Assembly (NCBI GenBank): GCA_964022095.1
Contig: CAXHZO010000002.1
Span: 96,001-160,000 of the forward strand
Direction of reading: 5' to 3'
DNA: 64,000 nucleotides
Source: an uncultured Arcobacteraceae bacterium
GTDB lineage: Bacteria > Campylobacterota > Campylobacteria > Campylobacterales > Arcobacteraceae
In this document: positions 1 through 10,380 of the stretch, piece by piece
Numbering within the stretch: position 1 is the stretch's first letter
Layout: each line of letters begins with the position of its first letter
Program-made: the position numbers and the translations under genes
Notes under the pieces: model-generated
What the model saw: the letters and a program-made list of their open reading frames with translations, nothing else
Told to the model about the DNA's origin: nothing
Database searches by the model: none

Positions 1-1
1 A

Positions 2-211
2 TTAGGTGCTTTTTCACAAGCTAGTGGAGCAATAAGTACTAGGGATAAATATCAGAGTTTATATCCATCTAATAAAGTTGAGGCAATTAGAATCTTCTCA
101 AATGGTAAATACTATTTCAAAGTATTTATTAGAGGGTTCTCTTCAAAATATGATGCTGATGTATTTAAATTAGAAAATGGTTTAAATAGTTCAATGATAG
201 TAAAAGATTAA
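2..211 (+). CDS. rlpA: 3' end of a SPOR-domain protein, probably septal ring lytic transglycosylase RlpA (partial)
   Basis: Manual translation of frame 2: LGAFSQASGA...YYFKVFIRGFSSKYDA...MIVKD*. The LGAF...Y-V---F pattern is SPOR-like, and the position upstream of hisB is typical of Campylobacterota. Confidence 0.7.
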   Translation, partial: LGAFSQASGAISTRDKYQSLYPSNKVEAIRIFSNGKYYFKVFIRGFSSKYDADVFKLENGLNSSMIVKD

Positions 212-222
212 GGAAAAAATTA

Positions 223-795
223 ATGGTAGAAGTTAATAGAAAAACAAAAGAAACAGATATTAAATGTAAAATAGATATTAATGGAACAGGTAAATCTAAT
301 ATAAATACAGGTGTTGGTTTTTTTGACCATATGCTAGAAGCTTTATCAAAACATAGTGGAGTAGATATTAATTTATCATGCGATGGTGATTTACATATCG
401 ATGCTCATCATACAGTAGAAGATTGTGGTATTGTTTTAGGAAAAGCCCTTAAACAAGAGATTTTCCCTATTGAAGCAGTTGAAAGATATGGAAATGCAAC
501 AGTTGTTATGGATGAAGCTTCTACTACATGTGCTTTAGATTTATCTAATAGACCTTTTTTAGTATATGAAGTAAATGTAAGTGGAAAAGTAGGTGATTTT
601 GATGTAGAACTTGCAGAAGAGTTTTTCCATGCCCTTTCTGGAAATGCTGGGCTTACTGTTCATATTATAAATGAAAGAGGAAGAAATAAACATCATATTT
701 TAGAAGCAAGTTTCAAAGCATTTGCAGTTGCCTTAAGACGTGCATTAGTAAAAAATGAAAAATTGGGAATCCCTAGTACTAAAGGTGTTTTATGA
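223..795 (+). CDS. hisB: Imidazoleglycerol-phosphate dehydratase
   Basis: RKTKETDI, GFFDHML, DAHHTVED, MDEA and NKHHILEA motifs. Confidence 0.98.
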   Translation: MVEVNRKTKETDIKCKIDINGTGKSNINTGVGFFDHMLEALSKHSGVDINLSCDGDLHIDAHHTVEDCGIVLGKALKQEIFPIEAVERYGNATVVMDEASTTCALDLSNRPFLVYEVNVSGKVGDFDVELAEEFFHALSGNAGLTVHIINERGRNKHHILEASFKAFAVALRRALVKNEKLGIPSTKGVL

Positions 796-1289
796 TTAAG
801 TTAATTGTTTTAGATGTAGATGGTACATTAACTGATGGAAAAATCACATATTCTAATAGTGGAGAAGAGACTAAGTCTTTTGATGTAGCAGATGGTTTAG
901 CAATTGCTGTTTGGACTAAAAAGTTTGGAAATAAAGCTGCAATTATTACTGGAAGAAACTCTTCAATTGTTGAAAAAAGAGCAAAGGAATTACAAATATC
1001 TCATCTTCATCAAGGCATTAAAAATAAACAAGAAGTTTTAGAAAAAATCCTAGAAGAAGAGGGTATTGATTGGTCTGAAGTTGCAGCTATTGGTGATGAT
1101 TTAAATGATTATCATATGCTAAAAAAAGCTGGACTTTCATTTACTCCTGCAAATGGCAGTCATTACATCAAAGATATTGTAAATGTAGTTTGTGAAAACA
1201 AAGGTGGGCAAGGTGCTGTTAGAGAGATGATGGAGTATATTTATAAAGAAGATGGATTAGAAGAGGATTTTCTTAACGCATGGATATAA
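792..1289 (+). CDS. kdsC: KDO 8-phosphate phosphatase (HAD family)
   Basis: LDVDGTLTDG, ITGR and IGDDLND motifs; precedes lptC/lptA. Confidence 0.95.
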   Translation: MIKLIVLDVDGTLTDGKITYSNSGEETKSFDVADGLAIAVWTKKFGNKAAIITGRNSSIVEKRAKELQISHLHQGIKNKQEVLEKILEEEGIDWSEVAAIGDDLNDYHMLKKAGLSFTPANGSHYIKDIVNVVCENKGGQGAVREMMEYIYKEDGLEEDFLNAWI

Positions 1290-1810
1290 AGCTATTTATC
1301 ACTGCACTTTTAGGTGTTTCTGCAATTGCATATTTTATTCCAGTTGAAAACATGAAGAAAGTTAGTGCAGATAAAGATATACCATTAGTAATTTTTGAAA
1401 AACCACTAATGTATACTTTAACACAAGAGGGTGTTAATAGAATTATCAAGTCATCACAAGCTGTTAGATATAATAGTAGAGATGAACTATTTGATGCAAA
1501 TATATTAATAAAAAATGAAGAGCAAAAGAAAGATTTTCAAATAGAAAAGTTCAATGCTGATATAATTATAAAAAAAGATAATTTGTACAAATTAGTTGAT
1601 AATGTTGAATATCAAAGAGATAGTTTTGTATCTTTAAAAACAAATCAAATGTTTTATAATGATGATGAAAATATAGTTTACAATAGTAAGCCATTTGAAG
1701 GTTATTACTATGACAGTAAATTAAAAGGTACAGACTTATATTTAGATTTAAACAACAAAACTTTAAATGCAAAAAATACTCATTTTGAAATAGATATGAA
1801 AAAGAAATAA
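1280..1810 (+). CDS. lptC: LPS export periplasmic protein LptC
   Basis: N-terminal TM anchor, beta-rich body, lies between kdsC and lptA. Confidence 0.75.
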   Translation: MDIKLFITALLGVSAIAYFIPVENMKKVSADKDIPLVIFEKPLMYTLTQEGVNRIIKSSQAVRYNSRDELFDANILIKNEEQKKDFQIEKFNADIIIKKDNLYKLVDNVEYQRDSFVSLKTNQMFYNDDENIVYNSKPFEGYYYDSKLKGTDLYLDLNNKTLNAKNTHFEIDMKKK

Positions 1811-1819
1811 AGGAAAAAA

Positions 1820-2296
1820 ATGAAATACTTAGCTGGTTTGGTTATAAGTTCAGCACTTTTATTTGGTGCAAGTGAACAGTTGATAATAGATGCAAAAAAC
1901 TTTGAAGCAAGTGATAAAAAAGGTGTTTCGTCTTTTAGTGGAAATGTGAAAATTCAAATGGGTAAAGATAAATTAAATGCTGATAGAGTAAGTGTTTTTT
2001 TTAGTTCAAATGGTAAAACACCAACTAAATATGAAGCTTTTGGTAATGTAAATTTTGAGTTAAATACTAAAACAAAAAAGTACATTGGAAAGGGTAATAA
2101 AGTAGTTTATTCTCCTTTAAAAGAAGAGTATACGATTCTAGGGAATGGTTTTTTACAAGAAAAAAATGATGATAGAAAAATATATGGTGAAAAAATATAT
2201 GTAAACCAATTAAGTGGTGAAGCAAAAGTTAGTGGTAGTGAAAATAAACCAGTAAGATTTATTATAAATGTAGAAAGAGGACAGGGTAATAATTAA
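1820..2296 (+). CDS. lptA: LPS transport periplasmic protein LptA
   Basis: Signal peptide, OstA-like FSGNVKI / LNADRV / GNV motifs. Confidence 0.9.
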   Translation: MKYLAGLVISSALLFGASEQLIIDAKNFEASDKKGVSSFSGNVKIQMGKDKLNADRVSVFFSSNGKTPTKYEAFGNVNFELNTKTKKYIGKGNKVVYSPLKEEYTILGNGFLQEKNDDRKIYGEKIYVNQLSGEAKVSGSENKPVRFIINVERGQGNN

Positions 2297-2907
2297 TGAA
2301 AATAGTTGATGCACAATTTTTACAATCAGCACAAAGTGTAAATGATTCACCAAGTCCTGATAGAGCAGAAGTGGCTTTTTTAGGAAGATCAAATGTTGGA
2401 AAGTCTTCACTATTAAATACATTAACAAATAGAAAAGGTTTAGCTAAATCTTCTTCAACACCAGGGAAGACACAACTTATTAATTATTTTGAAATTAAGT
2501 TTAAAACACAAAATGAAGAGTTGCCATATCTTTATGCTAGATTTGTAGATTTACCTGGATTTGGTTATGCAAAAGTTGCAAAAACACTAAAAGCAGCATG
2601 GAATAAAAATCTAACTGGATATTTAGAACAAAGACCAAATTTACAGATCTTTGTACATTTAATCGATTCAAGACATCCTGAGTTAGCTATTGATAAAAAT
2701 GTTGATTCATTTTTAGAAGAGATAAAAAGAGGTGACCAGATTATAATTCATGCTTTTACAAAAATTGATAAATTAAAACAAAATGATTTACAGAAATTAA
2801 AAAGAGCATATCCAGAAGGAATCTTTATTTCAAATCTTAAAAAACGTGGTATGATAGACTTACAAAATAGAATTACAGGATATTTATTTGGAAATCAAAT
2901 TTTATAA
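2296..2907 (+). CDS. engB: Ribosome biogenesis GTPase YihA/YsxC
   Basis: GRSNVGKSS, TPGKTQLIN, DLPGFGYA and TKIDK motifs. Confidence 0.97.
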   Translation: MKIVDAQFLQSAQSVNDSPSPDRAEVAFLGRSNVGKSSLLNTLTNRKGLAKSSSTPGKTQLINYFEIKFKTQNEELPYLYARFVDLPGFGYAKVAKTLKAAWNKNLTGYLEQRPNLQIFVHLIDSRHPELAIDKNVDSFLEEIKRGDQIIIHAFTKIDKLKQNDLQKLKRAYPEGIFISNLKKRGMIDLQNRITGYLFGNQIL

Positions 2908-3349
2908 GCCAACTGTGGCTGATATTTCTACTATGCAAGAACTCGTAAAAGAGGAAGTAGAAAATGGAAATATTTTACTAAGAACAGAAGATGAAATGGC
3001 TACAACTATTAGATCATATACAATAGCTTCTGTTGATGGAAAAATGGCTGGTTTTACAGCAACTCACATTCACTCTCCAAGACTAGCTGAAATTAGAAGT
3101 TTAGTAGTAGGAAAAGATTTTCGAGGTTTAAAACTTGGGAAGAAACTTGTAGAAGCTTGTATAAGTGAAGCGAAATCTTATGGTATTGAGCAAGTATTAT
3201 CACTAACTTATGAAAAAGGTTTCTTTGAAAGCTGTGGATTTAAAGAGATCTCAAAAGAAGAGATTCCTGAACATAAGATTTGGGCAGATTGTATTAGATG
3301 TAAGCACTTTCCAATTTGTGATGAAGTTGCAATGGTTATTGATTTATAA
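2888..3349 (+). CDS. GNAT N-acetyltransferase, short ArgA-like
   Basis: LAEIRSLVV, RGLKLGKKLV, KIWADCIRC motifs of the short N-acetylglutamate synthase-like family. Confidence 0.85.
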   Translation: MEIKFYKPTVADISTMQELVKEEVENGNILLRTEDEMATTIRSYTIASVDGKMAGFTATHIHSPRLAEIRSLVVGKDFRGLKLGKKLVEACISEAKSYGIEQVLSLTYEKGFFESCGFKEISKEEIPEHKIWADCIRCKHFPICDEVAMVIDL

Positions 3350-3373
3350 ACTAAATAGGATTAAGTAAATACC

Positions 3374-3652
3374 TTAATCCTTTAGTTTCAGTCTTAAATA
3401 CACTTTATATTTTAGTTGATCTAGTTTAATGGATAGATCTTCAATATTTTTAGCATCTAATAACACTAACATTTTTTTATAATCTCTGATTTTTTCATCA
3501 GTAATATCAACAATTAATAAATCTTTACTTGAAAATGACTTACAATTAACAACATCAATCATCTCTTGAATACTATCTTTTGTTACTTTTTTGTAAAGTC
3601 TTCCTTTTCTATGATAAACTTTATCAAAGTATCCTTGTTCTTCAAAACTCAT
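3374..3652 (-). CDS. Hypothetical protein (92 aa)
   Basis: ORF with AAAGGTG RBS, downstream of the redoxin gene; no recognisable motif. Confidence 0.6.
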   Translation of the reverse strand: MSFEEQGYFDKVYHRKGRLYKKVTKDSIQEMIDVVNCKSFSSKDLLIVDITDEKIRDYKKMLVLLDAKNIEDLSIKLDQLKYKVYLRLKLKD

Positions 3653-3685
3653 TATTACACCTTTTTGTTAAATATTTTATAAGTT

Positions 3686-4180
3686 TTATTTAGCCCACCA
3701 CAATTTTAGTTTTAGACTAAAGCTAGAAGTATATCCTACATCACTAAACTTTAAATTTCCATTTTTATCATAAATTAATGTTGTTGGATAAGCTTTAATA
3801 TTAAATCTATATGCAAAATCATTGTAGATATCATCAATTACTTTAAATGAAAAGCCATTTTCTTTTAAATAGTTTTCTATCTCTTTTTTTGTTCCTGATT
3901 GACTTGCTATTGTGATAACTTGATAATTTTTTGATAATTCTTGAATATTTGGTGATTGAAATTTACAAATAGGGCACCATGTAGCCCAAAAGTATATAAG
4001 TAAGGGTTTATCCTTAGATACTGTATGATTTGAACCATCAATAAGCTCAAAAGCTTCATATGGAAATTTTTCTTTATTTAAATCTTGTGATTTATAATAA
4101 CTTATTACATTTAGTGCAATTATTATGATAATTGAGTATTTAACAATCTCTTTTATATATTTTTTTACTTTTTCATTCAT
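3686..4180 (-). CDS. Membrane-anchored TlpA-like redoxin / protein disulfide oxidoreductase
   Basis: N-terminal TM, YFWATWCPIC active site, cis-Pro YPTT. Confidence 0.92.
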   Translation of the reverse strand: MNEKVKKYIKEIVKYSIIIIIALNVISYYKSQDLNKEKFPYEAFELIDGSNHTVSKDKPLLIYFWATWCPICKFQSPNIQELSKNYQVITIASQSGTKKEIENYLKENGFSFKVIDDIYNDFAYRFNIKAYPTTLIYDKNGNLKFSDVGYTSSFSLKLKLWWAK

Positions 4181-4224
4181 GAAATGATTTTAGCTTTTTT
4201 ATATACAGAGATTGTTAAATGTAT

Positions 4225-5883
4225 TTATAAAATCTTTTTTAACTGACTTTTAATAGTCACTGGTACAAAAAACATAGAAACTACATAAGAGATCAAAGTA
4301 CCTCCAATAAGAGCAACTCCTAGTCCTCCAAATACAGCATCAGTTGCAAGTAATGATGAAGCAAATACCATTGTTAAAACAGTTAGAATAATAGGCTTTG
4401 ATCTTTGTGCTGTTGCTTGTGCTATTGCTTCATTTATTCCCATTCCTTCTTCTTTTACTAATTGTTTTGAGAAATCAATAATAAGTGTTGAGTTTCTTGA
4501 GTTTATTCCAATTAATCCTATAAACCCTATAAGTGAAGTTGCTGTTAAATAAAAAGTATCAGTAGTAATTAAATCCATAACAATATGTGCAAAAATTACT
4601 CCGATAATAGAGACAAAACTAGCTAATACAATACCACCTGAAATAGCAAAGCTTTTATAATACATTACCATTAAAAAGAAAATCAATACAAGTGCGATAA
4701 TAAATGCTCCACCTAAATCTCTAAATGTATCTAATGTAACTTTTAATTCACCATCAAAAACTAGCTCAAATCTTTCATTTGTATTTTTATCTACAAAAGC
4801 TAGATTTAGCATATTTGTTTTGATAACTTCATAATCTTTTGATAGATCTTCTAACATATCATTTCTGGCATCTAATAGTGGATATATTTGGCTATCTTTA
4901 TTTGTTTCTGCAATTACATTTATCATTTGATTTAAGTTTTTAGATGTAATTGTTGGCTCTTTTACTATTTCTTTTATTGTTACAAACTCAGAAATACTTA
5001 CTGTAAAACCTTGGTTATTTACTACTTTTAGCGTTTGAAGTCTATTTAGTAAATCTTCTTTTGAAGATTTATTTAAAAGCCTACTATCATCAAGTCTTAA
5101 AAATATTGGTATTTGATTTTCTGCATTGTTCTCATTTATAACTGAAATCTCCATACCTTCATAGGCTAAAAATAGTATATTTTTAATTTGCTCCAAACTA
5201 ACAGCACTTTTTATAGCTTTATTATTATCAAGCTCTAACTCATACATAGTATAGTCATCATCTGCCATAACATCAATATCTACTAAAGTTGCTTGTTTTT
5301 CAAGTATTTTTGCAATTTTCTTTGAAAAGTCTCTTCTATTTTCAAAACTATTTCCACCATAGATTTCTGCAACTATTGAAGCCAAGACAGGAGGCCCTGC
5401 TGGAAGTTCAATTAATTTTATAGTTGCTTCATAATCTGTACATTTTTTTTGAATATTTTTTCGCAAGCTTGATACTAAATTATAACTTGTGATATCTCTA
5501 TTTTCAGCTTTTTTAATATTTACCATAATTTCAGCTTGAGATTCTTTATCTTTTAGTGCACTTTGTTTTACTAATGCTGCAAAATCTAGGGGCTGACCTT
5601 CACCTAAAAACACTGAAATATTTGTTACATTTTCATTTCTTTGAAGCTCATTTGAGATACATCTGGTTACCTCTTTTGTTTGATTAATACTTGAGCCGTC
5701 TTTTAAATCAACATACACAGAAAAGCTATTCGAGTCTTTACTTGGTAGCATTTTTGCTTTTACTATTTCAGTTGGAAAAGTGGCTACTGAAAGTATAAAT
5801 AAAACTAAAGTGATAAGATAGACCATTAAAGATTTTGATTTACTATTTAAAATACTTAATATAAATTTTTCTAATTTCATCAC
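4225..5883 (-). CDS. RND efflux permease, C-terminal half
   Basis: AcrB-family second half: GPPV loop, GLIGINSRNS (TM10-like), QRSKPIILT (TM11-like). Confidence 0.9.
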   Translation of the reverse strand: MMKLEKFILSILNSKSKSLMVYLITLVLFILSVATFPTEIVKAKMLPSKDSNSFSVYVDLKDGSSINQTKEVTRCISNELQRNENVTNISVFLGEGQPLDFAALVKQSALKDKESQAEIMVNIKKAENRDITSYNLVSSLRKNIQKKCTDYEATIKLIELPAGPPVLASIVAEIYGGNSFENRRDFSKKIAKILEKQATLVDIDVMADDDYTMYELELDNNKAIKSAVSLEQIKNILFLAYEGMEISVINENNAENQIPIFLRLDDSRLLNKSSKEDLLNRLQTLKVVNNQGFTVSISEFVTIKEIVKEPTITSKNLNQMINVIAETNKDSQIYPLLDARNDMLEDLSKDYEVIKTNMLNLAFVDKNTNERFELVFDGELKVTLDTFRDLGGAFIIALVLIFFLMVMYYKSFAISGGIVLASFVSIIGVIFAHIVMDLITTDTFYLTATSLIGFIGLIGINSRNSTLIIDFSKQLVKEEGMGINEAIAQATAQRSKPIILTVLTMVFASSLLATDAVFGGLGVALIGGTLISYVVSMFFVPVTIKSQLKKIL

Positions 5884-5889
5884 TTAATC

Positions 5890-7467
5890 CTATAAAAATT
5901 TCTTAACAAAATATGGCATAAATGCATAAGCAACAAATAGTGAAACTACAAGTGATATAGGCACAAATACAGGAAGAGGGTGCATAAACTGACCCATCAT
6001 CCCACCAACAAAAAACATTGGTATAAATGTCATTATAATTGCTACTGTTGCAATATTAGTTGCATTTCCTATTTCATTTGTAGCATTTATAGATATAACT
6101 TTTATATCTGCATCTAGGCTTAATTGTCTGTGTCTGTGAATATTTTCAATTACTATAATTGCAGCATCTACTAACATTCCCAAACTTACAATAAGTGCAA
6201 ATAGTGTGATTCTATTTACTGTTTCATCAATCATAAACCCAATAAATAGTGTCAATGATAAAATCATAGGAACAGCAAGTGATACAACCATTGCTTCTTT
6301 AAACCCAAGTGTAAAGATAAGTAAAATTGCTATAATTACAATTGAGATTAACAAGTTTTGAACTAAACTATTAACTGCATTATTTGCTGTATATCCATCA
6401 TCTCTAGTAATTGTATATTTTATGTTTTTATTTAGTAGTTCTTGTTGTATGCTATTCATATATTCAAATACTTTTTCATTGATTGTTACTGAGTTTGCAC
6501 CCTTTAGTTTTGAAACTGTCATTGTAAGTTGTTGAAGTTCTTCATATTTTTCATCTTTATCTTTTTGGTAAAGTAAGGCTTCTTTTTTATTTTGAATATC
6601 GAAGCTTCTATTAACGCTAGCTATATTTTTTAGATAAACAGGAACTCCAAAGTTATATGAAACAATGATATTTTCTATATCACTAGCACTTTCAATTGCT
6701 TGTTTTATTCCAAATATTACTATTGAGTTACCTTTTGTATTACCTTTAATACTTGGTGTTTTATATGAAAGAGATTGAATTTGTTTCATAACTTGCCCAA
6801 GGGATAGATTATAAGCTGAAAGTTTATTTGAATCTACTAATACATTGTATTGCTCTTTTTTCTCACCTTTTAAATCAACTAAGGCTACATTATCAATTTT
6901 ATTTATTTCTTTAGTGATTTTATTTACTTGTTTGTAAAGTTCTGTTTGACTTACTAGGTCAACTCCATCTTTTTTTGCTGAATAAAAAGCAATTGTAGCT
7001 ATTGGAATATCTGTATCAATATCCATTGTTTTAATAATAGGTTGCATAGCACCAGTTGGCATTAAATCCATATTTCTCATAACTTGGTCATATAGTTTTA
7101 AATTTGATTCTTCTTTATCTTGACCTATGTAGTATTGAGCTTGAACAATTCCAACTGAATCTTTTGCATAAGAGTAGATATTTTCAACACCTTTTATCTC
7201 TTTTATTTTCTTTTCAAGTGGTTCAATTATTACTTTTTGAATCTCACTTGGTTTTGCTCCAGGAAGTGCGACAATAACTGCACCTCCACTTACTTTAATT
7301 TGAGGGTTCTCTTCCCTTGGCATAAATACAAGTGAAATATATCCAAGAGCAAGAATGAAAAATCCTAAAATTAGTGTTAAAGGATGATCTATAAATCCAC
7401 TTGCAAGTTTTCCTGCAATGTTTTGTTTTTTTTCTATTTTATTAGCAAATTTTTTTTCGTCGTGCAT
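5890..7467 (-). CDS. RND efflux permease, N-terminal half
   Basis: MPREENPQI, PGAKPSEI...EPLE, GMLVDAAIIVIENI (TM4-like), GGMMGQFM. Confidence 0.9.
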   Translation of the reverse strand: MHDEKKFANKIEKKQNIAGKLASGFIDHPLTLILGFFILALGYISLVFMPREENPQIKVSGGAVIVALPGAKPSEIQKVIIEPLEKKIKEIKGVENIYSYAKDSVGIVQAQYYIGQDKEESNLKLYDQVMRNMDLMPTGAMQPIIKTMDIDTDIPIATIAFYSAKKDGVDLVSQTELYKQVNKITKEINKIDNVALVDLKGEKKEQYNVLVDSNKLSAYNLSLGQVMKQIQSLSYKTPSIKGNTKGNSIVIFGIKQAIESASDIENIIVSYNFGVPVYLKNIASVNRSFDIQNKKEALLYQKDKDEKYEELQQLTMTVSKLKGANSVTINEKVFEYMNSIQQELLNKNIKYTITRDDGYTANNAVNSLVQNLLISIVIIAILLIFTLGFKEAMVVSLAVPMILSLTLFIGFMIDETVNRITLFALIVSLGMLVDAAIIVIENIHRHRQLSLDADIKVISINATNEIGNATNIATVAIIMTFIPMFFVGGMMGQFMHPLPVFVPISLVVSLFVAYAFMPYFVKKFL

Positions 7468-7475
7468 TTATTAGC

Positions 7476-8231
7476 CTATTTTATATCTATTAAAAGTTTA
7501 GAGTACATACCTGGATAGATTGTGCTATCACCTTTTTCAAAATCAATTTTTAGTGTAAAAGAGTGAGTTGTTGTATTTACATTTGGAATTATTGATTGAA
7601 TTTTTCCAATTGTTTCAAAGTTAATTGATGGAATTGAAACTTTTACTTCATCTCCTATTTTCACACTATTTAGATTTGACTCACTAATATTTGTTTTAAT
7701 TTTTAAACTACTTAAATCTGAAAGGATTATTGCAGGAACACTTGGCATTGCCATTTCACCTGCTTTTATTGATTTTTTTATCACTAAACCATCATTAGGT
7801 GCTTTGATTTTTAAATAATCATACTGAGTGTTTATCTCTTTTAGTTTTGCTTTAGTTATTGAGATCATATTTTTTGTATTCATTAGATTTAATTCAAGTT
7901 GTTCTACATCATATTTTGGAACTAAATCTTGTTTATATAATCTTTTGTATCTATTATAGTTTGTTTGAATGTTGTTTAATTGGTTTTGTTGGATTTGTAA
8001 GTTCAGTAAAATCTCTTTTTTATTAGAGTCCATATTTGATGAATCAATAGTATAAAGAAGTTGACCTTTCTTTACAAAAGAGCCTTCTGATACATATACA
8101 TTCTCAACATAACCCATATTTCTAGAACTTATAACTTTTTCATTATCTGAAATTACAGTTCCAGATAATTCTATTTCTTGAGAAAATAAGCTAAGTGCAA
8201 TAGAAGATATTATTAATAGTTTTTTTATCAT
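7476..8231 (-). CDS. RND periplasmic adaptor (membrane fusion protein)
   Basis: VSEGSFVKKGQLL, IKAPNDG and YPGMY motifs. Confidence 0.92.
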   Translation of the reverse strand: MIKKLLIISSIALSLFSQEIELSGTVISDNEKVISSRNMGYVENVYVSEGSFVKKGQLLYTIDSSNMDSNKKEILLNLQIQQNQLNNIQTNYNRYKRLYKQDLVPKYDVEQLELNLMNTKNMISITKAKLKEINTQYDYLKIKAPNDGLVIKKSIKAGEMAMPSVPAIILSDLSSLKIKTNISESNLNSVKIGDEVKVSIPSINFETIGKIQSIIPNVNTTTHSFTLKIDFEKGDSTIYPGMYSKLLIDIK

Positions 8232-9568
8232 AGTTTGTTTCCTAATACTAAATTTAATTTTGCAAGAGCAAGTGATTTTTCATATTTTGCTACTATTAAT
8301 TGAGCTTGAGTATTTCGTAAATTTGATTCTTGCTCTAGTAGACTTGTCATTGGGATTAGATGGTTTTTATACATTAGCTTTGATTGTTCAAAAACTTCAC
8401 TTGCTAAATTTTTAGCTTCAATTTTTTCTTTTAATATTTTTCTTTTTGCTTTTAAAGTAAGTAGTGCATTATTAAGCTCTAGTTTTATTGCATCTTTTAA
8501 TTTTTCATCATTTAAAGTTGCTTTTTGAAACTGAATTTTAGATTTTTGTTTTTGTATACTTCTATTTGAATCAAATAGCGTAAAATTAATTCCAAGCATT
8601 GCCATGTAATAGTCTTTATCATCATCGAGTGTAAATTTGTCATCATTAAAACCATACTCTAAGTGAGAGTAAATATTAGGATAATATTCAGCATTTGCTA
8701 CATCAATATTTTTTTTCATAGCATTTATTTGAATATTTTGCATTTTTACTTCATCTCTATTTTGAAGAGCTGTTTTGTAAAGTTTTTCTAACTCTTCTTT
8801 ACCATTTGAAATGTTTTCTAAACTCTTTACATCTTTTATTTTATCATTTGAAGTTAAAAACCTAAGATAAGATAGCGCTAATTCAAATTTATTTTGAGAT
8901 TGTATTAAATGCGAGTTGACATTTAGTTCATGTACCTTTGCTTGCTTAACATCTATCTTTGTTACAAGTCCTTCATTATGAAATGCAGTTGCGCTTTTTA
9001 CAACTAGCTCAATTGCTTCTTTTGCTTTTTGTGTTGCACTTATAAATTCTTTTGCTACAACTGCACCATTATATGCTTTTAAAACTTCGTAAGATAGTTC
9101 TTTTTCATTTAGGTTGTATTTTAGCTCTTGAGCTTTTTGTTGAAGTTTTAAAATATCTTTTTGATTTGATAGTTTAAATCCAGTGAAAAGTGGAATATCA
9201 TATGTAACTTTTGTTGTGAAGTTGTTTCTTGGATCTGGATTGTTTAAATTATCTGGAATTACATTTATATCAGCAGGTGTTTGAAATTGTAATGCACCAA
9301 AATCATCAAAACTAGCTTCTCTAGAAGATAGTTTTGAATTAAATACATATCCTGGATGATTTGTTCTTGATATCTCTTCACTAAGTGTTAATTTTCCATA
9401 AGAAAAAGAGTCAACACTTTTTATATCAAGTTTTGAATTTTCTATTTGAAGTTTTTGGTTTTTTAAATCTTTATTATTTTTTAAGGTCATATTTAAAGCT
9501 TCATCAAAACTTATAGTTTGTGCATAAGTTAGTGTTGCTAATAATAATGATAAATAAATCTTATACAT
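8228..9568 (-). CDS. TolC-family outer membrane channel
   Basis: Signal peptide, PLFTGF and AEYYPNI repeats, first gene of the RND operon. Confidence 0.92.
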   Translation of the reverse strand: MYKIYLSLLLATLTYAQTISFDEALNMTLKNNKDLKNQKLQIENSKLDIKSVDSFSYGKLTLSEEISRTNHPGYVFNSKLSSREASFDDFGALQFQTPADINVIPDNLNNPDPRNNFTTKVTYDIPLFTGFKLSNQKDILKLQQKAQELKYNLNEKELSYEVLKAYNGAVVAKEFISATQKAKEAIELVVKSATAFHNEGLVTKIDVKQAKVHELNVNSHLIQSQNKFELALSYLRFLTSNDKIKDVKSLENISNGKEELEKLYKTALQNRDEVKMQNIQINAMKKNIDVANAEYYPNIYSHLEYGFNDDKFTLDDDKDYYMAMLGINFTLFDSNRSIQKQKSKIQFQKATLNDEKLKDAIKLELNNALLTLKAKRKILKEKIEAKNLASEVFEQSKLMYKNHLIPMTSLLEQESNLRNTQAQLIVAKYEKSLALAKLNLVLGNKL

Positions 9569-9651
9569 AGCCCGTCCTATAGTAGTTATATGATTATATT
9601 ATACTATAAGGTATCCAAAACCTTTATAAGAATTTATTATAATTTAAAAAT

Positions 9652-10380
9652 TTAATATCCATTGCTTTCTAAGATTTTTGAATTTCTACAAGCTCTATCG
9701 TAATTTAGATTACAAGCTTTTTCAAAAAAAAGTTTAGCTTTATGGTAGTCTTGCTTTATTCCTTCTGCATTTACATAAGCTATTCCAATATTATAACAAG
9801 CATGATAATTACCTTTTTGACAGGCCTTATTATAGTAGTAAAGAGCTTTTTTATAGTCTTTTTCAACTCCTTTACCATTGCTATACTTTACTCCTAAATT
9901 ATAACAACCAACACTTATATTTTCTTCACAAGTTTTTTTATAAAGGGCAGCTGCTTTTTCTTGGTCTTGTTTTACTCCATCACCTTTATCATACATTGCT
10001 CCTAAATTGTAACAACCATTTATATTTCCATTTTCACAAGCTTTACCATAATAATATGCTGCATTATTATAACTTTGTTCAATATCTTTTCCCTTGTCAT
10101 ACATTACTCCAAGATTGTAACAACCATTTCCAATACCATTTTCACAAGACATTTTGTATAATTTGGCTGCTTTTTTTGAGTCTTTTTTTATTCCCTCTTT
10201 TAAATCGTACATTACAGCAAGATTGTAACATCCGTTTGGATTTTTTAGTTTGCAAGATTTGCTAAAGATTTCAAATGCTTTACTATAATTTTTTTGATTT
10301 AATGCATTTAATCCATCTTTTACACTTATTGCAAAAGAAAAATTAAAACAAATCATAATTATAATTATATTTTTAATCAT
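9652..10380 (-). CDS. Secreted Sel1-repeat protein, Helicobacter cysteine-rich (Hcp) type
   Basis: Signal peptide and six approx. 36-aa repeats, each with C-x7-C (e.g. KACENGNINGCYNLG). Confidence 0.92.
   Translation of the reverse strand: MIKNIIIIMICFNFSFAISVKDGLNALNQKNYSKAFEIFSKSCKLKNPNGCYNLAVMYDLKEGIKKDSKKAAKLYKMSCENGIGNGCYNLGVMYDKGKDIEQSYNNAAYYYGKACENGNINGCYNLGAMYDKGDGVKQDQEKAAALYKKTCEENISVGCYNLGVKYSNGKGVEKDYKKALYYYNKACQKGNYHACYNIGIAYVNAEGIKQDYHKAKLFFEKACNLNYDRACRNSKILESNGY

Noticed and set aside
4225-7467. RND gene as a pseudogene or stop-readthrough case
   Set aside because: Two in-frame stops plus an RBS and start codon for the second half argue for a genuine split.
9606-9629. AAGGT-N7-ACCTT weak inverted repeat upstream of tolC
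   Set aside because: Arms too short to distinguish from chance.
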